DNA from: Eledone cirrhosa
Lineage: Eukaryota
DNA length: 64,000 bases
Direction: 5' to 3'
Assembly: GCA_964016885.1 (NCBI GenBank)
Contig: OZ024745.1
Span: 90,334,001-90,398,000 of the forward strand
The notes under the pieces were generated by a model. It worked only from the letters and a program-made list of their open reading frames with translations, did not search any database and was not told where the DNA came from. Made by a program: the position numbers and the translations under genes. Position 1 is the stretch's first letter. Each line of letters starts with the position of its first letter. Of this stretch, positions 41,377 to 53,822 are shown piece after piece.

Positions 41377-41811
41377 CTCCCTTCGGATAATCCACGTGAC
41401 TACTGGTAGTGTTTACTACTAGTTCTTACAACCGGCGGCAGCAGAACGAAAACTTGTTGACGAAGTAAATTCCACTGTTCTATCTTCCAAAGACCAATTA
41501 ACTTGCAGGCCCCTGCAATTGGATTTTGTTGATTTCGGATTTACAGAAACCTAGTGGAGATGTTATATAATATTATGTAATAGATCTACGATGGTCCAGG
41601 TAACTGTCAAACATTTCCCTGGGTCGGTTTTTTCGTTGTTCTGGTCCTAGTGGCTCGCATTTCGGTCGCTGTCTTCAATTTGCATAGCTGTCTAAACGTA
41701 ATGTTATAACTCTAAGGTAACATTCCTTCTTGAGTGCTTTTGGCTGCACTTCCCGACTGCATTCGTTAGCTTGCCCGCAACCAGAGCTTCGATTATGCTG
41801 TACTACCTTGT

Positions 41812-41884
<73 letters not shown>

Positions 41885-41997
41885 AGTGGGTGTAACATTT
41901 GATACAGATCGAACCTTGAGCTGATCAGTGACGAAACGCGCGTCACCTATCAATAAATGCAATGAAGGAGTAATCAATCGTCCTTGTTATCCTTTCA

Positions 41998-42108
<111 letters not shown>

Positions 42109-42309
42109 CATTGAAGTTTGGGTTTTTATTTATAAAAACCCAGTCACTGAGGGGGTCACAGAATGTTTGACGAATGAGCTTTGACAATATATAAACAACC
42201 ATCCGGTTATCGAACCAACCAACCGGAAATTTATAATAAATTGAAGTGAAAACCAACAGGTGCATGTGTTTTTATTGGCAACATGACCCTCCCAAAGTGT
42301 AAATATATA

Positions 42310-42432
42310 CAGGGTGTACCAAAAGTCGCAAAAGATAGGAAAACTAATTACATTTTTAAGTTTCCATATTTTTTTTTAACAGATTTACAGATACCTTGAT
42401 ATCCTATGTATCGCCAGTTTTGGTCCACCCTG
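42310..42432. mobile_element. Tc1/mariner-type MITE
   Basis: TA-cagggtgtaccaaaa ... ttttggtccaccctg-TA. Confidence 0.75.
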
Positions 42433-42748
42433 TATATATATCAGAAGGCAAAATCAGATACTGAGTCGTTTAGGCTTGTCGCAAGAACAGATTATTGAAA
42501 CCCATGTGTGGATTCAGCCGTTCTAGAGTATCGCTACTCTACGTAACTATATTCTGTTGTCTACAGAATAAAATGTAATTGAAATTATTAATTTATAAAC
42601 GGTAACATAACAGCTATTAGCAATATTGTTACTTTTAAACTTGCTAACAAGCACTCACATGTATATGTTAATGCTAGCAGTAGTACCCGGCTTTGTTCGA
42701 GTGCCAAATATGTACGAATATAATATGCTGTTATTATTGTTGAACTGA

Positions 42749-42940
42749 CGGCGGTGGATTGGCAGTATCGGTAGAGGGTCGGACGCCATGCTTTCCAGCA
42801 TATTTACGTCCCTTTACGATCTGAGTTCAAATCCCGCCGAGGTTGACTTTGCCTTTCATCCTTACGGGGTCGATTAAATAAAGTACCAGTAATGAACTGG
42901 GTAATTGCTGGCCTTGTGCCTAAAGTAGAAACAATTATTG
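42749..42940 (+). mobile_element. Nin/Deu SINE with 16-bp TSD
   Basis: attattgttgaactga at 42733-42748 and 42934-42949. Confidence 0.92.
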
Positions 42941-43114
42941 TTGAACTGAAATGACCTAATTAATAGCAAGTTTTTGTTGAGGTCTTTACTTTATTTATTA
43001 TTTCTTTACTCGTTTTATGTAAATCCTCATTTGTGTATTTTCTATTGTCCTCGACGTTTTCGACCCCAGTAACCAATAAATAAATAATAATAATAATAAT
43101 TACTATTATCATTA

Positions 43115-44062
43115 TGGTGGATAGGCAATATCGGTGCAGCGTCGGACAATATACTTTGTGGCATAAAGTTACGGCCCTTTACGATCTGAATTCAAATTCT
43201 GCCGAGGTTGACTTTGCCTTTCATCCTTACGGATCATCGATAAAATAAAGTATCAATAATGCACTGGGGTCGATTTAATTGATTTTACACCTACCCCAAA
43301 AATTGCTGGTCTTGTGCCAAATGTAGAAACAATTATTATATTGGCAGTATCGGTAGAGGGTCGGACGCCATGCTTTCACGCATAGAGTTACGGCCCTTGC
43401 CATTCTGAGTTCAAATCCTGTCGAGGTTAACTTTATATTTCATCCTTACGGGGTCGATAAAATAAGTACCAGTAATGCACTGGGGTAATTGCTAGCCTTG
43501 TGCCAAAAGTAGAAACAATTATTAGTTGGATGTCTCAGCCATTGTTGTTATTTAACCGGAAAATTTGGCCTAACGAACATCAAGCCGCTACCTGCAGCCT
43601 CAGATATTTAGGACGTATCGGAGGGACCTTGCTGTTCCCAGTAGGCCTGCCATCTGGAGTGTTCCAAAAAAGAGGGGTGGGGTGATGTTCTTTAACCAGC
43701 CTTGAAAGCTCTTCGAGATAGTACCTAGTGCTTCTATGGGGATGGGGACGACCTTGATCTCATGTCAGTTCCAAATCCTTTTCAGTTCCCACTTTAAATC
43801 CTGGTTCCGGTTGATTTTCTCCTTCTTTTCTTGCACTCTTGTATCAAAGGGGCAAGTTTTGTTATTATTAGTATTGTAATTATTATTATTTAGAGTCGGA
43901 CGCCATGTTTTGAAGCATAGAGTTACGCCCCTTTACGGTCTGAGTTCAAATCCCGCTACGGTTAGCTTTGCTTTTCATCCTTACGGGGTCGATAAAATAA
44001 AGCACCAGCAATGCACTGGGATGATTGCTGGCCTTGTGCCAAAAGTAGAAACAATTATTATT
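43115..44062 (+). mobile_element. Three Nin/Deu SINEs (43115-43525, 43890-44062) around a minus-strand R4/Dong 3' fragment (about 43525-43858)
   Basis: The fragment is homologous to 2100-2430 (CPFDTRVQEK..DLKWELKRIWN..ALGTI) and has (TAA)n-like DNA at its 5' side. Confidence 0.85.
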
Positions 44063-44482
44063 TAGCACTAATGTATCACGGAAGGCTTGCTGTTTGAAGC
44101 TACATGCCACATTTCTAGTAATGACGGCTGTTAATTCCCAATAAGCTATTTTTTTATCTATATGTAGATCTCATGCGGTAAAAATGATATTTGTTTCTGT
44201 AGAAATATATTAAGACATTGCTGATGACCGGTATCAACAGGTTGAAAAAAAACTAGGCGTTAGTCCACTTTTTATTATTTCAGCTGCAATAATTTCATTG
44301 GACAGCAATCCATAAATAGAATTGTTTCGTTTAATTATTTGATTATTTGGTTGAAAATGAGCAGGGCTTTGAGAGATTTTGGCTACTTGAGAATACATCC
44401 TGTCTACGCCTACAAGTAGGCTATGTTTGCCCTAATTCCATGTCACGTATTTATACTTTCTTGGAAAAATAGAACATATGAT

Positions 44483-44672
44483 ATAATTGTTTCTACTTTT
44501 GGCACAAGGCCAGCAATTATCCCAGTGTATTACTGGTACTTTATTTTATCGGCCCCGTAAGGATGAAAGGCAAAGTTAACCTCGGCGGGATTTGAACTCA
44601 GACCATAAAGGGCCGTAACTCTTTTCTGCAAAACATGGCGTCCGACTTTCTACCAATACTGTCAATCCACCT
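44483..44672 (-). mobile_element. Nin/Deu SINE
   Basis: Matches the family consensus; tgatataat flanks both sides. Confidence 0.9.
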
Positions 44673-44897
44673 GCGTGATATAATAAAGATCTATTACGTG
44701 ACATTTTTTTTTTTTTTTTTTGAAGGAGTGGAAGTCGACTTATGTTCGAATACGACCACATTTTAGAAACTGGTGACATGTTTTTAAAAGAAGCAACGAC
44801 GAAAGGTTCAGCTGTGTGGGAAACTTGGGGCATCAAGAGTGCTACTTTCTATGTTATACTTACCGTGTGCTCTCACGAGAAAACAGCAGAAGTAGTG

Positions 44898-45280
44898 GAT
44901 ATCCTGACCAGCGTAATACCATCACATGACATCCTGACCGCCACAATCACATCACATGACATCCCAACCGCCACAATCACATCACATGACATCCTGACCG
45001 CCGCAATCACAGCACATGACATCCTGACCCCCACAATCACAGCACATGACATCCCAACCGCCGCAATCATACCACATGACATCCCAACCGCCACAATCAC
45101 ATCACATCACATGACATCCCAACCGCCGCAATCACATCACATGACATCCCGACCACCACAATCACATCACATGACATCCTCACCGCCACAATCATATCAC
45201 ATGACATCCGACCACCCCAATCACATCACATGACATCCCGACCACTCCAATCACATCACATCCCGACCACCGCAATCACA
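44898..45280. repeat. Minisatellite, about 30-bp unit (atcacatgacatccYRaccgccRcaatcac), about 12-13 copies
   Basis: Directly visible. Confidence 0.92.
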
Positions 45281-45346
45281 TTGACCAATTTTGAAGTATT
45301 TATTATGTTTTTGGTTCTAAATCCTTCTTTATGCGTGAAATTGATA

Positions 45347-45706
45347 ACAATGAACGAAGGTTGTACAGAACTTCCTTCACTTTTCAAACAGACAATGAAC
45401 GAAGGTTGTACAGAACTTCCTTCACTTTTCAAACAGACAATGAACGAAGGTTGTACAGAACTTCCTTCACTTTTCAAACAGACAATGAACGAAGGTTGTA
45501 CAGAACTTCCTTCACTTTTCAAACAGACAATGAACGAAGGTTGTACAGAACTTCCTTCACTTTTCAAACAGACAATGAACGAAGGTTGTACAGAACTTCC
45601 TTCAATTTTCAAACAGACAATGAACGAAGGTTGTACAGAACTTCCTTCACTTTTCAAACAGACAATGAACGAAGGTTGTACAGAACTTCCTTCACTTTTC
45701 AAACAG
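45347..45706. repeat. Minisatellite, 45-bp unit x8, nearly perfect
   Basis: acaatgaacgaaggttgtacagaacttccttcacttttcaaacag x8, with one C>A change at about 45605 and no spacers. Confidence 0.97.
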
Positions 45707-47244
45707 AACAGCATTACTCCCGGTGAACCCATAAAAGCCGGGACAACTAGAAACTGAGCGAGCTTATGCTTTAATAAATATGACATGATCTCTTCGATGT
45801 TAATAGATATAATAAATAATTAGATATTTAAAACATATGACTCAGTATGACTGGGGTGGTGGTGTTTTTAATAGCATAGAAACAGATTACAGAAAATGAT
45901 CCCTCTTGATATGATTGGAAATCAATCCAAAACAACGTTCTCTTCAAAAATTCATTATATCTATAATCAATTTAAATGAACCGAATTAAGAACTCTTCAT
46001 AGAAACACAATGATACATCAAGATCGTCGTCATTATCATCATCATCATTGTCGTAGTTGTTAATGTTATTGTAGATTTTATTATTCCGATATTAAATTCC
46101 TCTAAGATCGACTTGTTTCATTTCCGAGGTTGATAAGATAAATACAAAATGAATCCTGAAATCGATTTACATGGCTGAATATCTCCCTCAAATTATGTCA
46201 CTTTGATCCTATGGTAAAGATCAATGTGTAACATATAAAGTTATTGTTAGGATGGTGAAGTTTGTGAATGAGAGAATCGATACATTTATTGTGCTGTTTT
46301 GATGTACGATTGGGGGGGGGGGCGTTTCATTTTTAATTACTTGAACAAAGGACGTCTGGAGAGGGATAGGCTCCCCCAGGGTTTATAATGCCCAAGAGGT
46401 GCCAAGAAATGCCCATGAAATCCATCAGGAGTTACAGGCTTGGTTGGATTCAGACCTTGGGGGACTCGGGGCACTTCAGGTTTGGGAGGCCCCTCATTCA
46501 CAAAAAATTAGAATACACCCACCCCCACCCCCTCACACACACTCACGCACAATTTTACATATCAAAGTTAGCTTGGCGCAAGTAATGGGAATTGAAATGT
46601 TATACATACAGGTATTAAATTAAATATTCTAACCATCCTAAAACTAAAAAGCTCAGCTGAGGACACAAATAAATCGCTATGGTTGTCGCTGGTGAGGGGC
46701 CCCACTGCAGGGGACCCGGAGACATTCCCCCCCCCCCCATTAAATCCGGCCCTAGTTACGGGACTAAAGAAAGAACTAACAAAGGAAGGAAAATACCACC
46801 AATTAATTGTTTCACGTCTTCCAGGTTTGACGGATAAAGTTAAAGAGGTTACCTTCATGGCCTGGAGGGTTCCATCAAGGTGAACTCCACGGAAATCACC
46901 GAAGGACCAGGGTGTGTTGATAAATAGGGCCACGAATTAAGTCTAGCATCTAACAACAGTCTCCCCGATAGGTTTCTACAGTTTCTGTCTATCAAACTTC
47001 CCCTAGAAGGATTTGGTTGGAAAAGATCAAAGTGTTTATTCGATTAACATAAAGGTTTACCTTTCCTTTTTGGATCAGAAGAGACATGCATTCATCTCCT
47101 AGTCTTTCTGGGGACATACCTTTTAGAGTACAGTGGGTCATGTCATTATCACATACTGTATTTTGTGTCTCTTATATCAATTCTATTCTTAGTTTCATGG
47201 ATTCATCTCCTTGTCTTTTTGAGGATATACTTTCTAGAGTACAG

Positions 47245-47450
47245 TGGCAGTATCGGTAAAGGGTCGGACACCATGCTTTGCAGCATAGAGTTACAGCCCT
47301 TTATGATCTGAGTTCAAATCCCGCCGAGGTTAACTGCCTTTCATCCTTACGAGGTCGATGAAGTAAAGTACCAGTCACGCAATGGGGTCGATTTCATTGA
47401 CTTCCCCTCCCACAAAATTGCTGGCCTTGTGCCTAAATCAGAACCCATTA
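47245..47450 (+). mobile_element. Nin/Deu SINE within a local duplication (about 47080-47200 vs 47200-47245/47447-47500)
   Basis: Consensus match; tagagtacagtgg and atactgtattt..gtgtctcttatatcaattctattct are each repeated. Confidence 0.85.
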
Positions 47451-48034
47451 CCATATACTGTATTTAGTGTCTCTTATATCAATTCTATTCTCAGTTTCTA
47501 AGTAAAAACGTCTGCATATTAATATATAAATATAGTCTCATATTTGCTAATGACAGAAGACACAGACTTAGACAGAGTAACAAGAAAGGATGTGGTCAAT
47601 TGCTTCTTTATCTTGACTACATAGACTACAGTTGTTTTTGTCATATTATTTTGATAGTTTAGTCAAGAGTGTTTGAGCTACTATAGATTCTGATATTGGT
47701 TCATTTCCTTAATGTCAGAGCTTTGATATCCACATTTTTTCATTAGGAAATGTTAGCGTATTTACGTTATATTTTGTCCAGTAATCTTTTGTTGTTGTTA
47801 TCTTATCCTTATGTACGAATAAACTATTTTCGGTATAATCAGATTTTAGTTCCTACAAAATTGTTGTTTTCATATATTACAGAGAAATGCTTTGTATTTT
47901 TTGTTTGTTTTTTTTTCTTTTGTTTTGTTTGTTTTTTTTTGGGGGGGGTTGGGGTTTTTTTTTCATGCTGCATTATACAAAACAAATCTATATTTAATTG
48001 CTATCAAGCTCCATTCTCCATATTCGCATGAAGA

Positions 48035-48122
<88 letters not shown>

Positions 48123-48355
48123 GTATATATATACATATATATGTATATATATATATGTACATATATATGTATATATATATATATGTGTGTGTGTGTATAT
48201 ATATATATACATATATATGTGTGTGTATCTATATCTATATATATATGTATAAATATATATGTATATATATATATATATGTATATATGTGTATATATATGT
48301 GTATATATATATATGTGTGTGTGTGTGTAACTATATATATATATATATATGTGTG

Positions 48356-48452
<97 letters not shown>

Positions 48453-48723
48453 TTATATATATATATGTGTGTGTGTGTAACTATAAATATATTCATTTCA
48501 GTATTGTGTACTCTTTTCTCTCAGTCCACCACATACAAATACATATATCTGTGGTCGACTCAATTACCAACCAATAAAACAAAGCTACTCTCCTAACATA
48601 CACTCTACATAAATAATACATTTTAGTAAAACATTATTCACAACAATCCACGCAACACATATTCTATATAATCACCAACCACCATTATAACACAACTCAA
48701 CTCTAAACATTATAGTCACACAT

Positions 48724-48898
48724 ATCGGTAGAGGGTCGGACGCCATGCTTTGACGCATAGAGTTACGGCCCTTTCCATTCTGAGTTCAAATCCCGCCGAG
48801 GTTAACTTTGCCTTTCATCCTTACGGAGTCGATAAAATAAAGTACCAGTAATGCACTGAGGTAATTGCTGGTCTTGTGTCAAAAGTAGAAACAATTAT
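48724..48898 (+). mobile_element. Nin/Deu SINE with 15-bp TSD
   Basis: attatagtcacacat at 48709-48723 and 48894-48908. Confidence 0.92.
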
Positions 48899-49249
48899 AG
48901 TCACACATCCAATAAAATCACACGGGTCATATTGTACATATTATATACACAAGAAACAGACAAAACACTAAAATAGTACTAGAAGCAATACAACTCAGCA
49001 GACGTGATATACAATCACTATACTATACTCCGAAAAGTCAATGTTGTCCATATCTCAAGAATATTGAAATGCAACAGGCGGTGATATCGAAAGATTGAAG
49101 GAATCTATTGAAAACTTGATAATAAAACAAGCGTTTTTAATGGCATTTTTTGCTACTGAAGCAAAGATGTTAGCCTAAACCATGTTATTTACCTCTTACG
49201 ATACTCCAGAATGCAATGTACTGCTCCATCCCGAATGTATACAATTGAC

Positions 49250-50068
49250 AATGATTTCTAGTATAGGCACAAGGCCAAACATGTGGGGAGCGGGCAAAGT
49301 CGATTAAATCGACTCCAGTGCATTACAAGTATTTTATTTTATCGACCCTGCAAGAATGGAAGGCAAAGCTAACTTCGGCGAGATTTGAACTCAGAACGTA
49401 AAGGGCCATAACTCTATGCTACAAAGCATGGTGTCCGACGCTCTACCGATACTGCCAATCCATAATAATAATTGTTTCTACTTTAGGCACAAGGCCAGCA
49501 ATTAACCAGTACATTACTGGTACTTTATTTTATCGACCCCGTAAGGATGAAAGGCAAAGTTAACCTCGGCGGGATTTGAACTCAGACTGTAAAGGGACGT
49601 AACTATGCTAGAAAGCATGGCGTCCAATCCTCTACCGATACTGCCAATGATTTCTAGTATAGGCACAAGTCCAGCAATTTGGGGAGAGGGGAAAGTCGAT
49701 TAAATCGACTCCAGTGCATTACAGGTATTTTATTTTATCGACCCCGTTAGGATGAAAGGCAAAGCTAACCTCGGCGGGATTTGAACTCAGAACGTAAAGG
49801 GTCATAACTCTATGCCGTAAAGCATATTGTCCGACGCTCTACCGATTCTGCCAAACCATAATGATTTCTAGTATAGGCACAAGGCCGACAATTTTGGGGT
49901 GAGGAAAGTCGATTAAATCGACCCCAATGCATTACTGGTACTTTATTTTATCGACCCCGTAAGGATGAAAGGCAAAGCTAACCTCAGCGGGATTTGAACT
50001 CGTCCCTTTGGACGTAATTATGCTGGAAAGCATGGCGTCCGACCCTACCGATACTGCCAATCCACCAT
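49250..50068 (-). mobile_element. Head-to-tail cluster of four Nin/Deu SINEs
   Basis: Four successive reverse-complement units. Confidence 0.92.
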
Positions 50069-50287
50069 TCATGAGATGGCTCTATTTTCTTAGAAAAGAG
50101 TATATTGAAATTAAATAACATTGCATGACTGGTACTTATTTCAAAGATATTAGAAGGATTAAAGTCAAAAACGAAACCGGAGACATTTGAGCACAGAAGG
50201 CAGAATTATATACATACGCATATATATATGTGTGTGTTTAGTCAGTGATTCTATCATTCTCTCACACTCTCTCTCCCTCTCTCTCTC

Positions 50288-50361
<74 letters not shown>

Positions 50362-50369
50362 GCTATCTA

Positions 50370-50538
50370 TACAAGGTGTTCCAAAAATGGTATATACACT
50401 TCAACAGCATTCTAATAAATATATGTATACATTTTTGGGGTGGCACGTTGTATATATATATGTATATATATGTGTGTGTGTGTGTGTGAGTGTGTGTGTG
50501 TGTGTGTATCGCAAAATATTTAGTCAGTCATTCTGGCA

Positions 50539-50595
<57 letters not shown>

Positions 50596-50864
50596 TCTCG
50601 CTATATATATATATATATATATTTGTTTTGCAAGGTTGATGATGCTGCAGATGTGCAACGAAAGAACTTTGTTAGACCATATATCTATATTTATATCTGC
50701 ATTTTTAACCGTTTGTCAGTCAATGATAAACATTGATTGCCAAATGAATTAACTATAACTATGGAGATATAAAAGATACAGAAGGAAAAACCAACCAAAC
50801 AGTGAGTGTGTTCTGTTATTATTTCTGGCAATATTATTACAACAATATGACCCTTCCCAAGTAT

Positions 50865-50910
<46 letters not shown>

Positions 50911-50986
50911 GATGTCCCAAAAATGTATACACACATCAACAGCATTGTAATAAATATGTGTATATATTTTGGGGTGACACTCTGTA
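50370..50986. mobile_element. Two short Tc1-like MITEs (about 50370-50451 and 50907-50986)
   Basis: TA-caRgRtgtYccaaaaatg..tttttggggtgRcac..tg-TA with a shared internal caacagcatt.taataaatat. Confidence 0.6.
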
Positions 50987-51210
50987 TATATATGTGTGTG
51001 TGTGTTTTGATATTGTAATTATAAGATATACATTATTACACACGATAGAACAAACGACAAAATATTTTGCGATATATAGTAATGTCTTTTAAACGTCTGC
51101 CTTAGAATGGTGTTGATTGTGTATATCTGTGTGTCATATATATATGTGTGTGTGTATCTATACATATATATATATTTATATATATATATATAATTAGATA
51201 TACATATAAT

Positions 51211-51262
<52 letters not shown>

Positions 51263-51376
51263 TATATATATCTAATTATATATATATATATAATTATATA
51301 TATATCTAATTATATATATATATATATATATATATCTAATTATATATATATATATATAATTATATATATATCTAAT

Positions 51377-51412
<36 letters not shown>

Positions 51413-51426
51413 ATTATATATATATA

Positions 51427-51515
<89 letters not shown>

Positions 51516-51774
51516 AGTTAATTAAACAAATAAGTCAATCGATACATGGAGACATATATTCATAAATACATAGATACATATATATATGTACAACATATAT
51601 ATACACATAGAGACAGACACACATATACTCATACATGCACACATACATACATACACCCACATTCATAAATACATATGTATACACATACAAACACACATAC
51701 ACACACATTCATAAATACATATGTATACACATACAAACACACATGCATACAAACACACATGCATACAAACACAC

Positions 51775-51860
<86 letters not shown>

Positions 51861-52228
51861 CTCAGACACAGACAAAAGCTATAGGTAAGCAAATCTTACC
51901 TCCATTGTAAGTTTCGAGTAAAATTTGGTAAGACCTGAGACACCCCGAACAGAAAGTGACTAATGGCAGTTCAGTTGGTTATATATATATGTCATTATAT
52001 GTCTGGAGAAGTGATGAAGTACAGGAAGTGGTATAATGGTGGCTGGAGTGGATGATCAACTTGTAGAGAGGAAGAGAGAGAGAGAATTGTAGATGAACTG
52101 AGAGACAGAGAGAGGGGGGAAGTTCAGATAGATAAGTGGAGAGAGAGAAAAAAGGGTTAGGTGGAAATAGAGAGTGTTTATGTGAGAAATACACAAGAAG
52201 ACAGTGGCGTGAGATGAAGCAGAGTATA

Positions 52229-52288
<60 letters not shown>

Positions 52289-52302
52289 GAGAGAGAAAGA
52301 GA

Positions 52303-52335
<33 letters not shown>

Positions 52336-52932
52336 CCCAGGCAGAGTATGAGATTAGGGGGACGAAATGGTAAAATGATGTAAAAGAAACAAGCAACGAT
52401 GTATGAGGACGAAAAGATGGCAGGGAAAAGGAACTGACCTAGAGAAAAGAAGGGTGTTGAATGATATTGAACGAATGAATGGGGGAAATTGTGTGAAAAA
52501 CAGGAGAGTGTTTGGGGCAGAAGACATGAGGTTTGGGGAGATCTTTGGAAGAGATGGAGAAGAAATAAGAGGGTGACAATAAGCGAACTTAGAGGGAAGG
52601 GCGAAAGAGGGAGAGAGGGAGAGAGAGAGAGGGAGAGAGAACCAAATAGAGTAAAGGGATACAGAGAGAGGGGGGACCTAAAAGATTGGCTGGTAGTGGC
52701 TGGAAGATATTGTCAGAAGGAAAAGAGAAAAATATTTTTGGAAAGGGTGTTTCGTGAGAAATAGATAATCTAATTATTATGGAATAAGTGTACACTGCTT
52801 AGATTTGATAACTGAGAGAAACAGAAGGGTGGAAGAGACAAAGAATGAAAGAAGAGAGAATTAGCATATGAGGTGGATGAGACAAGGAGAAGCAAGAAGG
52901 AGAGAAAATGGTGAACATATTTTCTGTATATG

Positions 52933-53206
52933 TACAGGAGGAAGTGCTGAAAAGTTCCTGGCTTTGGGCAAAACAAAATACAAGAAGATCAGTTGAAAGA
53001 AATTACAGGAAGATCAGTTAAAAGAAAATACAGGAGGATCAGTTAGTTATGATTTTATTCAATATATTCCTCTCTCAGATTCACACACTTATTGCAGCGA
53101 TGGGAAGAGCTGTTACCATTATATGGGAAGTAGTTCCCATGTAATGGTAACAGCTCTTCCCTTTCGTGATACGCTTTAAGCCAGGAACTTTTCAGCAACC
53201 ACTCGA
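52933..53206. mobile_element. Mariner-type MITE with an internal 60-bp palindrome
   Basis: TIRs gtgctgaaaagttcctggctt / aagccaggaacttttcagca; hairpin at 53102-53161. Confidence 0.8.
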
Positions 53207-53822
53207 ACATATTTGAGAGCATGGGTAGCCGTTTAGATAGTCTTCAGACAAGATATTAAAATGGGTATTTGATTTAGTATTTAGCAGCTGAACATTGTAA
53301 GCGAAATATACTCTCGAATCTTCTGCTCTGATTGATTGCTAGATTTGAAGAACTTTACTAATATATAAACAAGAGAAGACGTGACATATGTAGTTGTGAG
53401 TGAACTGAAGATAAAATGGAACTCAATGTGGTGAAAATAGTGATATTTCAGTTGTTTAACCAATGTGTTTTCTTTAAGCATTTTGTCATTTTAAAATAAG
53501 TTTAGAACAGAAATTAGTTATTTTTACTCCAAATTCTCAAGTGTGTTATGTAATATATGTATATGTCCATAGATATATAGATATGTTTCTTTATTAGCCA
53601 CAGGGGCACAAAAGAAGGGGACAAATACAAAGGGGGAAGTTTAGATACAATAAAAACGTATAAAATGTTATCACAAATGCAATTTAAAAAGTTAGTCGAT
53701 TTTCCCCAATAGAGGGAGACAGTTCATATGGGTAACACATACCGCCGAAAAAATGTGCAACCCTCATCTCCAGGAGTACGAAGAGTTTGTACTCCTTTCC
53801 TCTCCTCCTCCTTTTCCTCAAC

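Noticed and set aside
41920-41947. gaaacgcgcgtc hammerhead 3' half
   Set aside because: No CUGANGA and stem I partner upstream; at best a truncated remnant.
45347-45706. CRISPR-like array
   Set aside because: Units are contiguous with no unique spacers, there are no cas genes, and the context is eukaryotic.
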